Origin: an uncultured Candidatus Binatia bacterium
Lineage (GTDB): Bacteria; Desulfobacterota; Binatia; Bin18
Assembly (NCBI GenBank): GCA_965200965.1
Contig: OZ241744.1
Span: forward strand, 2,528,001 to 2,592,000
Length of the DNA: 64,000 bases
Direction: 5' to 3'
Program-made: the position numbers and the translations under genes
Notes under the pieces: model-generated
Seen by the model: the letters and a program-made list of their open reading frames with translations, nothing else
Database searches by the model: none
What the model was told of the DNA's origin: nothing
Shown here: in pieces, positions 37,887 through 46,574 of the stretch
Numbering within the stretch: position 1 is the stretch's first letter
Layout of the letters: the number at the start of each line of letters is the position of its first letter

Positions 37887-38306
37887 CTAGCCCGCCCCCT
37901 GCTGGGCGGCGATGGCGATCTGGGTCGCACCGGCCCGCTGGGCCGCGGACAGAATTTTGACGGCTTCGCCCAGAATGACCGATTGGTCGCCCTCAAGGAC
38001 GACCGGGACATCCTGCATCGCCTCGATAATGGGCCGGAGATACAGCTCCAATTCCGCCAGAGCAACCGGCTGGTTATTGACAAAAATTTCTTTCTGGGGC
38101 GTCACCGTGACGATGATCTGGCGCGGCTCGGACTCGGTTTCCTGGACCCGTGGCAGATCAATTGTGGCCCCCGACTGAACCATCGCCACACTGGTCACCA
38201 TAAAGATAATCAGCAGGACGAGAAAGATATCGGTTAGCGGGGTGATGTTGATCTCGGACATAACCTCATCACGCCCGCCCCTCTTCTTTGGACCGCTCAT
38301 TGCCAT
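37887..38306 (-). CDS. exbD: ExbD/TolR family protein
   Basis: SEINITPLTDIFLVLLIIFMV; ATG 38306 with GGAG RBS. Confidence 0.92.
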   Translation of the reverse strand: MAMSGPKKRGGRDEVMSEINITPLTDIFLVLLIIFMVTSVAMVQSGATIDLPRVQETESEPRQIIVTVTPQKEIFVNNQPVALAELELYLRPIIEAMQDVPVVLEGDQSVILGEAVKILSAAQRAGATQIAIAAQQGAG

Positions 38307-38343
38307 GCGTGTGTCTCCTTCCCCCCAGAAAGACGAATCGTCT

Positions 38344-38991
38344 TTAGGAGGCCTGGGGCGCTTCTTTCCTGCCGGTGCGGATCGCGTCAATGATGCGATC
38401 GGAACCAATCGTCATGGCCGTATCAATACGTTCCAGCTTGGTATTGAAGTAATTATAGAAGATAACCGCAACAATCGCGACCGCCAAGCCCAACGCTGTA
38501 GCCACCAGGGCCTCAGAAATACCGCCGGCCACAACAGTAAACCCACCGCTGCCCTCGACCGCCATATTCTGGAAGGACTTGATAATCCCAATGACCGTAC
38601 CCAGCAGGCCGATAAACGGCGCGCTGACACCGGTGGTAGCGAGAATCCAGATTGCGCCCTTGAGCCCTTCGGCCTCTTCAAGACGCCGTTCTTCGGACAG
38701 GGCTGACAACTGCTCAGCAGACTCGTCCTGCTGGCGATCGATAATCTCGTGGAACACCCGCCCAGCAGGCCCTTTGTTCTGCTTCTGGCTGGTCTGTAAG
38801 GCGGCATTGAAATCACCCTGCTGCAGCGGGCTCACCAAGTCTCTGGCCAGATGCAGGGTTTTCGTCATGATCCCGCCCAGCGCCCACAGCCGTTCCAGGA
38901 TGATGGTAATACATACCACCGACATGACGATCAGCGGGTAGCTGACATACCACCCCTGGTGAATCATATCCATTACGCTTAGACCTTCCAT
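38344..38991 (-). CDS. exbB: MotA/TolQ/ExbB proton channel protein
   Basis: APFIGLLGTVIGII, GISEALVATALGL; ATG 38991 with AAGGAGG RBS. Confidence 0.92.
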   Translation of the reverse strand: MEGLSVMDMIHQGWYVSYPLIVMSVVCITIILERLWALGGIMTKTLHLARDLVSPLQQGDFNAALQTSQKQNKGPAGRVFHEIIDRQQDESAEQLSALSEERRLEEAEGLKGAIWILATTGVSAPFIGLLGTVIGIIKSFQNMAVEGSGGFTVVAGGISEALVATALGLAVAIVAVIFYNYFNTKLERIDTAMTIGSDRIIDAIRTGRKEAPQAS

Positions 38992-39010
38992 CTGCTGTCC
39001 TCCTTTTGTG

Positions 39011-39622
39011 TCACCGACCCAGGTCTTCCTCTTCGGCTGAGAAAGACGCATCGTCCTCCCTTCCTGGGTCAACGAAGCTGTTTTGCACGTCGATCTCGTG
39101 CAGAAATCGTTCAAGCCAGTCGATCTCGGCTTTATGGTGAACCAAGCCGTGTTCAATAATTTTGGCCTGGGTGGGGGTGACCTTCCTTTGGGTTGTCCAG
39201 TAGCTTCGCTGTTCGACAATCCAGGCCAGCCGTTTTTGGGCCCATTTGAGGTGGGTGTTCAGGGCTTCGCGCAGTTCGGTGGGCCTGATGAAATGCCCAA
39301 AGGCCAGGGCCGCGTTGAGGGGGTCAAACACCTTCTCTCGGCCCTCGGTATCAAACAGCAGGCGGCGCAACTCGGTCTGGAGATACTCGCAGCCGGCCGC
39401 TGTGATCTGGTAAATCTGCCGCGTCGGGTAACGCCCCTTCTGTTCGGCCCAGGCTTTCTCCACATATCCAGAACGTTCGAGTTGGCCGAGGTTGTAGTAC
39501 AGCGACCCTCCGCTCAGGTTGATATACGTCGCGTACAGCCGCCGTTCGACCTCTTGGCGCAGTTCATAGCCGTGGTACGGTTGCTCAGACAGAAGACCAA
39601 GAACGACGAGTTGAACGCTCAC
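39011..39622 (-). CDS. PadR family transcriptional regulator
   Basis: VLGLLSEQPYHGYEL, GSLYYNL, YQITAAG; probable GTG start. Confidence 0.92.
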   Translation of the reverse strand: MSVQLVVLGLLSEQPYHGYELRQEVERRLYATYINLSGGSLYYNLGQLERSGYVEKAWAEQKGRYPTRQIYQITAAGCEYLQTELRRLLFDTEGREKVFDPLNAALAFGHFIRPTELREALNTHLKWAQKRLAWIVEQRSYWTTQRKVTPTQAKIIEHGLVHHKAEIDWLERFLHEIDVQNSFVDPGREDDASFSAEEEDLGR

Positions 39623-39639
39623 AGTATACCCTTCCTGAA

Positions 39640-39789
39640 ATAGTTTGCGTAGACTATGGGGGAAGATCAAAAAGCAATAAAATGACCCTGGTGATAACCT
39701 GTATTGGTACTGAACCGTATCCAGTGGGGGGGCTTGACAGGGCTTTGTACTGAGGTGTTACCCTCCTCGAAATAGTTTGCGCAAACCAT
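39640..39789. promoter_or_regulatory. Two 18-bp palindromic operators (39640-39657, 39772-39789) upstream of padR
   Basis: ATAGTTTGCGTAGACTAT and ATAGTTTGCGCAAACCAT; minus-strand TTGACA at 39810-39815. Confidence 0.7.
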
Positions 39790-39867
39790 ATAGGCGAAGC
39801 TTGGGCTTTTGTCAAGAAAAATTTGAAGAAAAATACTCGGTGCTGTTTTCGTCACGGAGAATGGGGA

Positions 39868-40623
39868 TTATGTTAAACGGTCTTTCGCAACCATCCCCCG
39901 CTCGCGCAGTAAATTGAGGATGATATCGAGGCTGTGGTCCCACAGCTTGACCTTGAGTTGGTCGTACAGGGTGAAGTTGGCCAGCCTTAACATGGGCTGC
40001 TCAGCGACAAAGTCGATGATATTGATGCAGCCAAAGTCCTGATCAATGTTGAACACCCGCCCGTCGTTGATACCCAGAGCCGAAGCCAGCAGGGCGTTAT
40101 TGCTGCCGCCGTGGGCGACGACGAGCAACGTCCGCCAGTCGGCCTGGGCCAGGACTGTACGCAGAAACCGCTCCCCGCGTTCCCGGACTTGGCGGAAACT
40201 CTCGCCGCCCAGATACCGATCGTCCCAGCCGGTGGTCGGACTGGTGAAGAACCGATGCACGGACCGGAAAATATCGGTCAGGCTTTGTGCTGCGGTCAGT
40301 GCATCACTTGGCGTGATCTCTGTCAGGTCTGGATCGAGGCTGACTTCAAGGCCCGTCTCGTCGGCAATAATCTGGGCCGTTTCGTGGGCACGCGACAGCG
40401 GGCTGGAATAGATGCGATCGAGCCGGACGGCGCGAAACAGCAGGGCCGCGGTGGCGATCTGCTCCCGCCCGCGCTCGGTCAGTGCCCCGTTGCCGATCGC
40501 GCTCTCGTTGGTGGTCTGCGAAGACGCATCGTCCTGTCTTCCTCCTGGCGAACGGTGAGGACGATCCGTCTTTTGATAGAGGGTTTCCCCGTGGCGCATG
40601 AGATAGATCCGGCGGCGCGGCAT
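39868..40623 (-). CDS. Histidine phosphatase (phosphoglycerate mutase) family protein
   Basis: YLMRHGET, YSSPLSRA, GESF, VAHGG. Confidence 0.92.
   Translation of the reverse strand: MPRRRIYLMRHGETLYQKTDRPHRSPGGRQDDASSQTTNESAIGNGALTERGREQIATAALLFRAVRLDRIYSSPLSRAHETAQIIADETGLEVSLDPDLTEITPSDALTAAQSLTDIFRSVHRFFTSPTTGWDDRYLGGESFRQVRERGERFLRTVLAQADWRTLLVVAHGGSNNALLASALGINDGRVFNIDQDFGCINIIDFVAEQPMLRLANFTLYDQLKVKLWDHSLDIILNLLRERGMVAKDRLT
40521..40572. repeat. Palindromic element family B, in frame in the histidine phosphatase
   Basis: 15-bp arms with 1 mismatch; encodes KTDRPHRSPGGRQDDAS. Confidence 0.92.
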
Positions 40624-40699
40624 GGTATTCTCCCTCAATACTGATCGTCTTGTTTTCCTGATCAAGCTGTTAAGGCAATTCATCTTTTACGCTGAAGTG

Positions 40700-42274
40700 C
40701 TAATACGCCTTGGCAAAAATGACCCGCCGCCGGCTCGGCTGACCGCTCAGCACGCACACGCCCTCCTCTTCCGGGGCACCCAGCGGAAGACACCGGATGG
40801 TGACGTTCAGATCGTTTTTGAGCGTCTCTTCTACCTCGGGTTGCCCGTTCCAATGGCTGAGGGCAAAGCCAGCGTGAATCTCTGGTTTGTCCCGCCGCTG
40901 CGAAGACGCATCGTCCTGTCTTCCTCCTGACGAACGGCGAGGACGATCTGTCTTTGGAGTGAAGAAGTCGTACAGGTCGACCTTGGAGTCAATGCGGTGC
41001 GTATGCTGATCCCGAAAGCTGCGGGCTCGATCGAACAGCGTGTGCTGAATGTTGTCGAGTTGGGATATCAGCGTTGCCACAAACTCGACCCGCGACTGGC
41101 TGAAGCGCTCCGACTGCGGTCGGTCGCGGCGACCGACAAAAACCGCGTCATTTTCCAGTTCACGCTGGCCGACCTCAAGGCGGATGGGCACGCCTTTTTT
41201 AATCCACGACCAGACCTTTTCTCCACCCGGGGCGTCCCGCACATCAAGTTCGACCCCGAGGGGCTGGTCATCGTAGCGCAAGGTCCGCAGTTCCCAGGCC
41301 AGACCCTCGCAGTAGGCCAGAATCTCGGCCCGATTCTCCTTGCGCAGCAGGGGCAGAATAACGACATGGCGGGGGGCCAGTCTGGGCGGCAGGACCAAGC
41401 CGTTATCGTCACTATGGGTCATGATCAAGCCACCGATGAGGCGGGTTGATACTCCCCACGAGGTGGTCCAGGCGTAGGTTTCCTGGCCGCTGGTGTCGGA
41501 GAATCGAATTTCAGACGACCGGGCGAAATTCTGGCCTAAAAAATGTGAGGTGCCGGCCTGGAGTGCCTTGCGGTCCTGCATCATGGCCTCAATAGAATAG
41601 GTGGCCACTGCGCCGGGGAAGCGCTCGCTCTGCGTCTTCTCGCCCTTGATGACCGGCATCGCCATGTACCGCTCGGCAAAATCGGCGTACACGTCAAGCA
41701 TCCGGGCGGTCTCTTGTTGGGCTTCCTGCGCGGTGGCGTGGACGGTGTGGCCCTCCTGCCACAGGAATTCCGCGGTACGCAGAAAAATACGCGGCCGCAT
41801 CTCCCAGCGCACAACGTTGGCCCACTGATTGATCAGCAGCGGCAGATCACGGTAGGACTGGACCCACTTGGCAAATGTCGCCCCAATAATAGTTTCAGAG
41901 GTGGGGCGGACAACCAGAGGCTCAGTCAACTCCCCTGATGGGACGAGGTGGCCGTCCGGTCCGGCCTCCAGCCGATGGTGGGTCACCACCGCGCATTCTT
42001 TGGCAAAGCCTTCGACGTGCTCGGCTTCTTTTTGCAGAAAGCTGAGCGGAATAAAGAGCGGAAAGTAGGCGTTTTGATGGCCGGTAGCCTTGAACATACC
42101 GTCTAAGACCCGCTGGATGTTCTCCCACAGGCTATAGCCCCACGGCTTAATGACCATACAGCCCCGGACCGCTGAGGTTTCGGCCAGGTCGGCAGCCCGA
42201 ATGACCTGCTGATACCACTCGGTGTAGTCTTCCGCTCGGGTTGGAGAAATCGCCGTCTTCAAGGCTCGCTTCAT
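40700..42274 (-). CDS. proS: Proline--tRNA ligase (archaeal/eukaryotic type)
   Basis: VRPTSET, NQWANVVRWE, FLWQEGHT, QAGTSHFLGQNF, C-terminal FAKAY. Confidence 0.97.
   Translation of the reverse strand: MKRALKTAISPTRAEDYTEWYQQVIRAADLAETSAVRGCMVIKPWGYSLWENIQRVLDGMFKATGHQNAYFPLFIPLSFLQKEAEHVEGFAKECAVVTHHRLEAGPDGHLVPSGELTEPLVVRPTSETIIGATFAKWVQSYRDLPLLINQWANVVRWEMRPRIFLRTAEFLWQEGHTVHATAQEAQQETARMLDVYADFAERYMAMPVIKGEKTQSERFPGAVATYSIEAMMQDRKALQAGTSHFLGQNFARSSEIRFSDTSGQETYAWTTSWGVSTRLIGGLIMTHSDDNGLVLPPRLAPRHVVILPLLRKENRAEILAYCEGLAWELRTLRYDDQPLGVELDVRDAPGGEKVWSWIKKGVPIRLEVGQRELENDAVFVGRRDRPQSERFSQSRVEFVATLISQLDNIQHTLFDRARSFRDQHTHRIDSKVDLYDFFTPKTDRPRRSSGGRQDDASSQRRDKPEIHAGFALSHWNGQPEVEETLKNDLNVTIRCLPLGAPEEEGVCVLSGQPSRRRVIFAKAY
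40903..40954. repeat. Palindromic element family B, in frame in proS
   Basis: Near-identical to 40521-40572; encodes KTDRPRRSSGGRQDDAS. Confidence 0.92.
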
Positions 42275-42298
42275 GCCGCTCCTCCTCTCAGCAGAGGG

Positions 42299-42991
42299 TT
42301 ATCTCAAAAGCAATGTGGCCAGGCGCAGGTCGTCTGGAGTGGTAATTTTAAAATTCCGCCGCTCTCCGGGCACAATCTGGACTGTCCCACCAGTTTTTTC
42401 AACGAGCGAGGCGTCGTCGGTGGCGTGAATCGCTTCGGCCAAGGCACATTGGTGGGCGTCTCTTATCAGTTCAACGCGAAAGGTCTGCGGGGTCTGAGCC
42501 AGCCATACGTCTTGGCGTGGCAGCGTCTCCGCCACCCTCAGGTCAGAACGATTCATCTTTTCAGCCCGTTTGAGCGTGTCGGCCACTGGCTCCGCCACCA
42601 ATGCTGCCCCGACTTGGTCGGCAACCCGAATGCTGGTATGAATGACGGGCGGGCTGATAAATGGACGGGCGGCGTCGTGAATCACTACGATATCACACCC
42701 CGCATCAAGCGCGGCGAGGCCAAGACGGACCGAGTCTTGGCGTTGGGGGCCACCGTGTGCCAGGCGTATGTCACACCGAAACGGTCCGTGGACTTGGAGC
42801 AACTCACGACACAGTTGTTCGCACTCAGGTGCAATGACCACGACCAGGGTAGACAGCAGGTGGGCTTGGTCAAAGCTGCGCAGCGTATGCACCAGGAGAG
42901 GAACGCCACACACCGGCAGAAATGGCTTGGGGACGCGCGTCCCCAGGCGTTCGCCCTTCCCGGCCGCGACAATAACTGCGTTGACGTGCAT
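42299..42991 (-). CDS. ispD: 2-C-methyl-D-erythritol 4-phosphate cytidylyltransferase
   Basis: AAGKGERL..PK, RQDSV, HDAARP, QTPQTF, TDDAS, KITTPDD. Confidence 0.96.
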   Translation of the reverse strand: MHVNAVIVAAGKGERLGTRVPKPFLPVCGVPLLVHTLRSFDQAHLLSTLVVVIAPECEQLCRELLQVHGPFRCDIRLAHGGPQRQDSVRLGLAALDAGCDIVVIHDAARPFISPPVIHTSIRVADQVGAALVAEPVADTLKRAEKMNRSDLRVAETLPRQDVWLAQTPQTFRVELIRDAHQCALAEAIHATDDASLVEKTGGTVQIVPGERRNFKITTPDDLRLATLLLR

Positions 42992-43000
42992 CCGCCAGGA

Positions 43001-43726
43001 CTACTGTTGAAAATGTTTCTTCCCGTATTTGGAAAAATAGTAAAGGATTGATCGTTCAGCAATATCCTTCATAATCGTAGTCATTTCGGCGACTGTCCAT
43101 TGTCTCTCTCGGAAATAGAAACTTCCCCTGTTGAATTTTCCGTCCTCAAGATTGTGGAGATGTGTTTTATTCAGTTCGCCAAACATTGCCATTGTAGATA
43201 CGCGATCCAAGACTGACGATCCCTCTTCAAAATCGCACCCGTAGCCAAAACAAACGAATGGGAAGATGCTCTCCCGCATGAGAGCTGTTCGCAACCCTAT
43301 CAGGTTCTTGCCAAGACGCTCAATGGCGTTGCCACGCGCCTGTCTCCCTAATCCTTCCTTCGCGCGTAAATCATTCGTCCCTTGATTCTTCACTTCCGAA
43401 ATCAGAATTGGGAAGACCAGATTGTCGCCCTGTTTGCCCCGGATATAGAGGAAACCGCCATCCGGGCGTATAAAGCTGGTGTCGGAGTGATGGTGGAAAT
43501 TGACCCCGCCGCCACTGTGGCTATACTGAAGCTCACGAACGATGTCACGAAGATACCACGACTTATCGTGAACAAATTTGATGCTTTGGAACTTTTCATC
43601 AAGGTACTTGGCTACGTTAGAGAGCGCTACTATTAAGTCCGTTTCCTGACTCTTGGCAGTAGTATTAATTACGGTGCCAGTGCGTTGACTTCGCAATTGG
43701 GTTTTTCGTGCCATGCCCGTTGTCAC
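43001..43726 (-). CDS. Type II restriction endonuclease, EcoRI-like
   Basis: PDGG...ISEVKNQG catalytic motif and GNAIER segment as in EcoRI; AT-richer than flanks. Confidence 0.8.
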   Translation of the reverse strand: MTTGMARKTQLRSQRTGTVINTTAKSQETDLIVALSNVAKYLDEKFQSIKFVHDKSWYLRDIVRELQYSHSGGGVNFHHHSDTSFIRPDGGFLYIRGKQGDNLVFPILISEVKNQGTNDLRAKEGLGRQARGNAIERLGKNLIGLRTALMRESIFPFVCFGYGCDFEEGSSVLDRVSTMAMFGELNKTHLHNLEDGKFNRGSFYFRERQWTVAEMTTIMKDIAERSILYYFSKYGKKHFQQ

Positions 43727-44916
43727 CTCTTCTCGACGAGAAAGAGCTGCTCAGTCACATGTACTGACCGCTGGCGTAGATTACGGCTTCCTCGAAACGT
43801 GTTATAGGGGATTTCAAAAATTTCTACCGTGCCGATATTCTTCAGCATCGTCCGCATTTCATCGGGTTTGATGAATCCTTCGTTGTTGAAGGAGACGAGG
43901 AGAAAGCGAGTGTCAAGCGTCTCCAGAAGCTGCTTCAATAGAGGCAAGGACTTTGCGCGGACATTATACCCGGAACGCCGCCAGTCTGTCGGGATGCCAG
44001 ATACATGACTCAGGTGTAACGGGCGTTGATAGCGAACCAGCAGATTGAGCATGAAATAGTTTGAGCCATACGGATGCTGATTATACGGCGGATCAATATA
44101 CACCAAATCCAGCCCTGTCAGGTGCTTGGCGACCGTGTTGGCGTCGCTCCGATGAACAGCGTACTCGCACTCAAAACTGCTCAGAACGGGCATTTCAAGT
44201 TCTATCTTCCCCCTGATGCGCTTCAGCGCATCCGCTGATGTCCCTCCATATTGCCCTATACCGCTGTGGCGATTTTTGTAAAAGCCTTTGAATATACCGG
44301 CAGTATTGGCATGGACCGACGCCTTGTTCAAAAGTGAGGCTAAAAGCATATCGTGGACATCGGGCGGGGTTGCGTCAATGAGCCGCCGGTAGTTATCCAG
44401 CCGCCGCGCATTGTCAATCGTATAAAACACCCGCTCTTCCCTTGAGATGTTCGTCTCGTCGCTCGGCGCATATAACTCCTGGATAAACCCCTGGGGAAAA
44501 TCCTGAGTGACTCGCGTGTTCAACTCCTCTACGAGCACGGCGAGGCGTGAAAAATTGACCGTACTCCGGTTGCGGAGATAACAGCGTCCAATGACGGCAG
44601 CATACTCTTCAAGATCGTTGCTGATGAGCAGAGACGTGTGCGCTTTCACAAAGCGGGATACTATCCCCGAGCCGCTGAAAGCGTCAAACACGCGCAGCCT
44701 GTCTTTGCCCAGCCGTTTCTTGACCCGTGTCAGTGCTCTGCCAATCTGACCAAGCAGTGCCCTCTTGTTCCCGATATAGGTGATAATCTGACGGGACAGG
44801 TAAGCAGGATTCTCTCCGATGGGGAGACCTTGCTCTACGGTTTTCAAGACCTCACAGGCATCGTCATGAGCGACCTGGGTTGCCCTTGCGCCATGTATCC
44901 CTTCGAGTTTATCCAC
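43723..44916 (-). CDS. N6-adenine DNA methyltransferase (D12/alpha class)
   Basis: YIGNK, FDAFSGSG, YIDPPYN; overlaps the endonuclease start by 4 bp. Confidence 0.9.
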   Translation of the reverse strand: MDKLEGIHGARATQVAHDDACEVLKTVEQGLPIGENPAYLSRQIITYIGNKRALLGQIGRALTRVKKRLGKDRLRVFDAFSGSGIVSRFVKAHTSLLISNDLEEYAAVIGRCYLRNRSTVNFSRLAVLVEELNTRVTQDFPQGFIQELYAPSDETNISREERVFYTIDNARRLDNYRRLIDATPPDVHDMLLASLLNKASVHANTAGIFKGFYKNRHSGIGQYGGTSADALKRIRGKIELEMPVLSSFECEYAVHRSDANTVAKHLTGLDLVYIDPPYNQHPYGSNYFMLNLLVRYQRPLHLSHVSGIPTDWRRSGYNVRAKSLPLLKQLLETLDTRFLLVSFNNEGFIKPDEMRTMLKNIGTVEIFEIPYNTFRGSRNLRQRSVHVTEQLFLVEKR

Positions 44917-44978
44917 CGGAAAATTTCTTACTATCGCAGTTTTCCTTCTCCGTTCTCTTAAATTTCAGATTCTGCGCC

Positions 44979-45461
44979 TCAATGGGCGAAGATGGTTCTC
45001 AGATCATCCATAATTTTCTCTTCGGTGTGGGCACTGGCTATGGACAACTCTTTGACGAGCAGGCTCTGGGCCGTGTCGAGCATTTTCCGCTCCCCAAACG
45101 ACAGCTCTTTGTCGGCTTTGATCACAAACAGGTCGCGCAGCACCTTGGCAATTTCCAACACCGAGCCGGTTTTGATCATGTCGGTATACTCTCGATACCG
45201 ACGGTTCCAGGTCTGTTGATCGACCGCGACTTTTTTTGTGCGCAGGATGCGATAGACTTTCCCGACCATTTCTTTGCTGATGACCGGCCGGAGTCCTGCC
45301 GCTGCAACGTTGGTGGTCGGTATCATGATAGTCATGTCAGTCTCGAGAATCCGCAACACATAGAATTTCTGCTCATGGCCAGATATGCTCTTCGCCCGCA
45401 TCCCTTCAATCACCCCTACACCATGACTAGGATAGACGACCTTCTCCCCAATTTTGAACAT
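44979..45461 (-). CDS. carD: CarD/CdnL family transcription factor
   Basis: FKIGEKVVYPSHGVG, WNRRYR, LSFGERKML. Confidence 0.95.
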   Translation of the reverse strand: MFKIGEKVVYPSHGVGVIEGMRAKSISGHEQKFYVLRILETDMTIMIPTTNVAAAGLRPVISKEMVGKVYRILRTKKVAVDQQTWNRRYREYTDMIKTGSVLEIAKVLRDLFVIKADKELSFGERKMLDTAQSLLVKELSIASAHTEEKIMDDLRTIFAH

Positions 45462-45555
45462 CGGTTTCCCTCCTAGCAGCATTACAGGACCGGAGGATGG
45501 TAGCGGATTCGGCGGCCGTCGTCAAACCTGACTATCCGAAAACAGATAACTCTAT

Positions 45556-46023
45556 TTAGAATGGCAGTTCAATTTCGACCACACGGCCGTGCCCGACTTG
45601 GGACCCCACCCAAGCAGCAAGACGTGCTCTCAGGTACTTACCACGGAACATCTCATGGATTCGTTCCGTTTCTGCTGGATCGTCTATGAATCGGGCCTTG
45701 CCAGCAAAAGCAAGGTCTCCAATCTTCAAACCTATCTGATTATTTTTCTTCAGGTTTCGATACCAGGCGGTCTTGCCGTCGTTGCCGGCCTGGATGTGAA
45801 AGCGGCCGGCCTCATAAACAAACCAGATAGGGATAGTGCGCGGCTTGCCGCTTTTTCGGCCAATCGTCGTAATTTCGACAATCGACTCTGAGGCGCGCGC
45901 CTCGAGATCTGCCCGGCTGGGGCCGGACTCTTGGACCGAACTCACAGCCCAGCCGGCCAAGCCGAGTGTGAGGCTCACACTGCAAAGCAGCAAAACGTTG
46001 CGTCGCAGGTCAAGTCGTGTCAT
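45556..46023 (-). CDS. Deazaflavin-dependent nitroreductase-like (DDN/DUF385) protein with N-terminal signal
   Basis: TTIGRKSGKPR, WYRNL motifs; RRNVLL plus hydrophobic stretch. Confidence 0.75.
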   Translation of the reverse strand: MTRLDLRRNVLLLCSVSLTLGLAGWAVSSVQESGPSRADLEARASESIVEITTIGRKSGKPRTIPIWFVYEAGRFHIQAGNDGKTAWYRNLKKNNQIGLKIGDLAFAGKARFIDDPAETERIHEMFRGKYLRARLAAWVGSQVGHGRVVEIELPF

Positions 46024-46202
46024 TGCATCCTCCTGTCCTGTGCGTCTCCTCGGCCGGACTGTCACCCGACCCTTCCATATTGCCGTTCCTGTGCGCCGAC
46101 ACAATCCCACCAAGTCGGGACTTTGGCCAGAGCTCCTCTTTTCCAGGCAACACAGAGTGTGCTAGCCTTGGGCAACTTTATTGTTCCGAAGGAGGAGTCC
46201 GC

Positions 46203-46541
46203 ATGGCCACGCAATTTCACTTTCGTGTCGCCAATGAGGCCATTGAGGTGCAAACCGGTGCGCACGCTTCGCCCAATATCACAATTTCCATGAAGGAGAG
46301 CGATTACCTGGATATGATAAACGGGAAATTGAACGAGCAGATGGCCTTTATGAGCGGCAAGCTCAAAATCACAGGAGATATGGGCTTGGCCATGCGGCTG
46401 CAAGGGCTGTTTACACCCCGTGGCTCGGATGATCCAGAGATTGCCTCGGTCCGGCAGGCCATTGATGGCGCGGCTGATAAGTTCAACAAGTCGGCCGCAA
46501 AAGGTCTGGACGCGGTCTTTCAGTTTGATCTGAGCAACTGA
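46203..46541 (+). CDS. SCP2 sterol/lipid-binding domain protein, apparently circularly permuted
   Basis: AAGGAGG RBS; GKLNEQMAFMSGKLKITGDMGLAM motif; FNKSAAKGLDAVFQFDL at the C-terminus. Confidence 0.8.
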   Translation: MATQFHFRVANEAIEVQTGAHASPNITISMKESDYLDMINGKLNEQMAFMSGKLKITGDMGLAMRLQGLFTPRGSDDPEIASVRQAIDGAADKFNKSAAKGLDAVFQFDLSN

Positions 46542-46574
46542 CTCCGGCTTCGCGCGTCTTTCCCGAGCTTCCCC

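Noticed and set aside
46024-46045. Family B-like text GCATCCTCCTGTCC before the DDN gene
   Set aside because: Equally explained as the AGGAGG ribosome-binding site on the minus strand.
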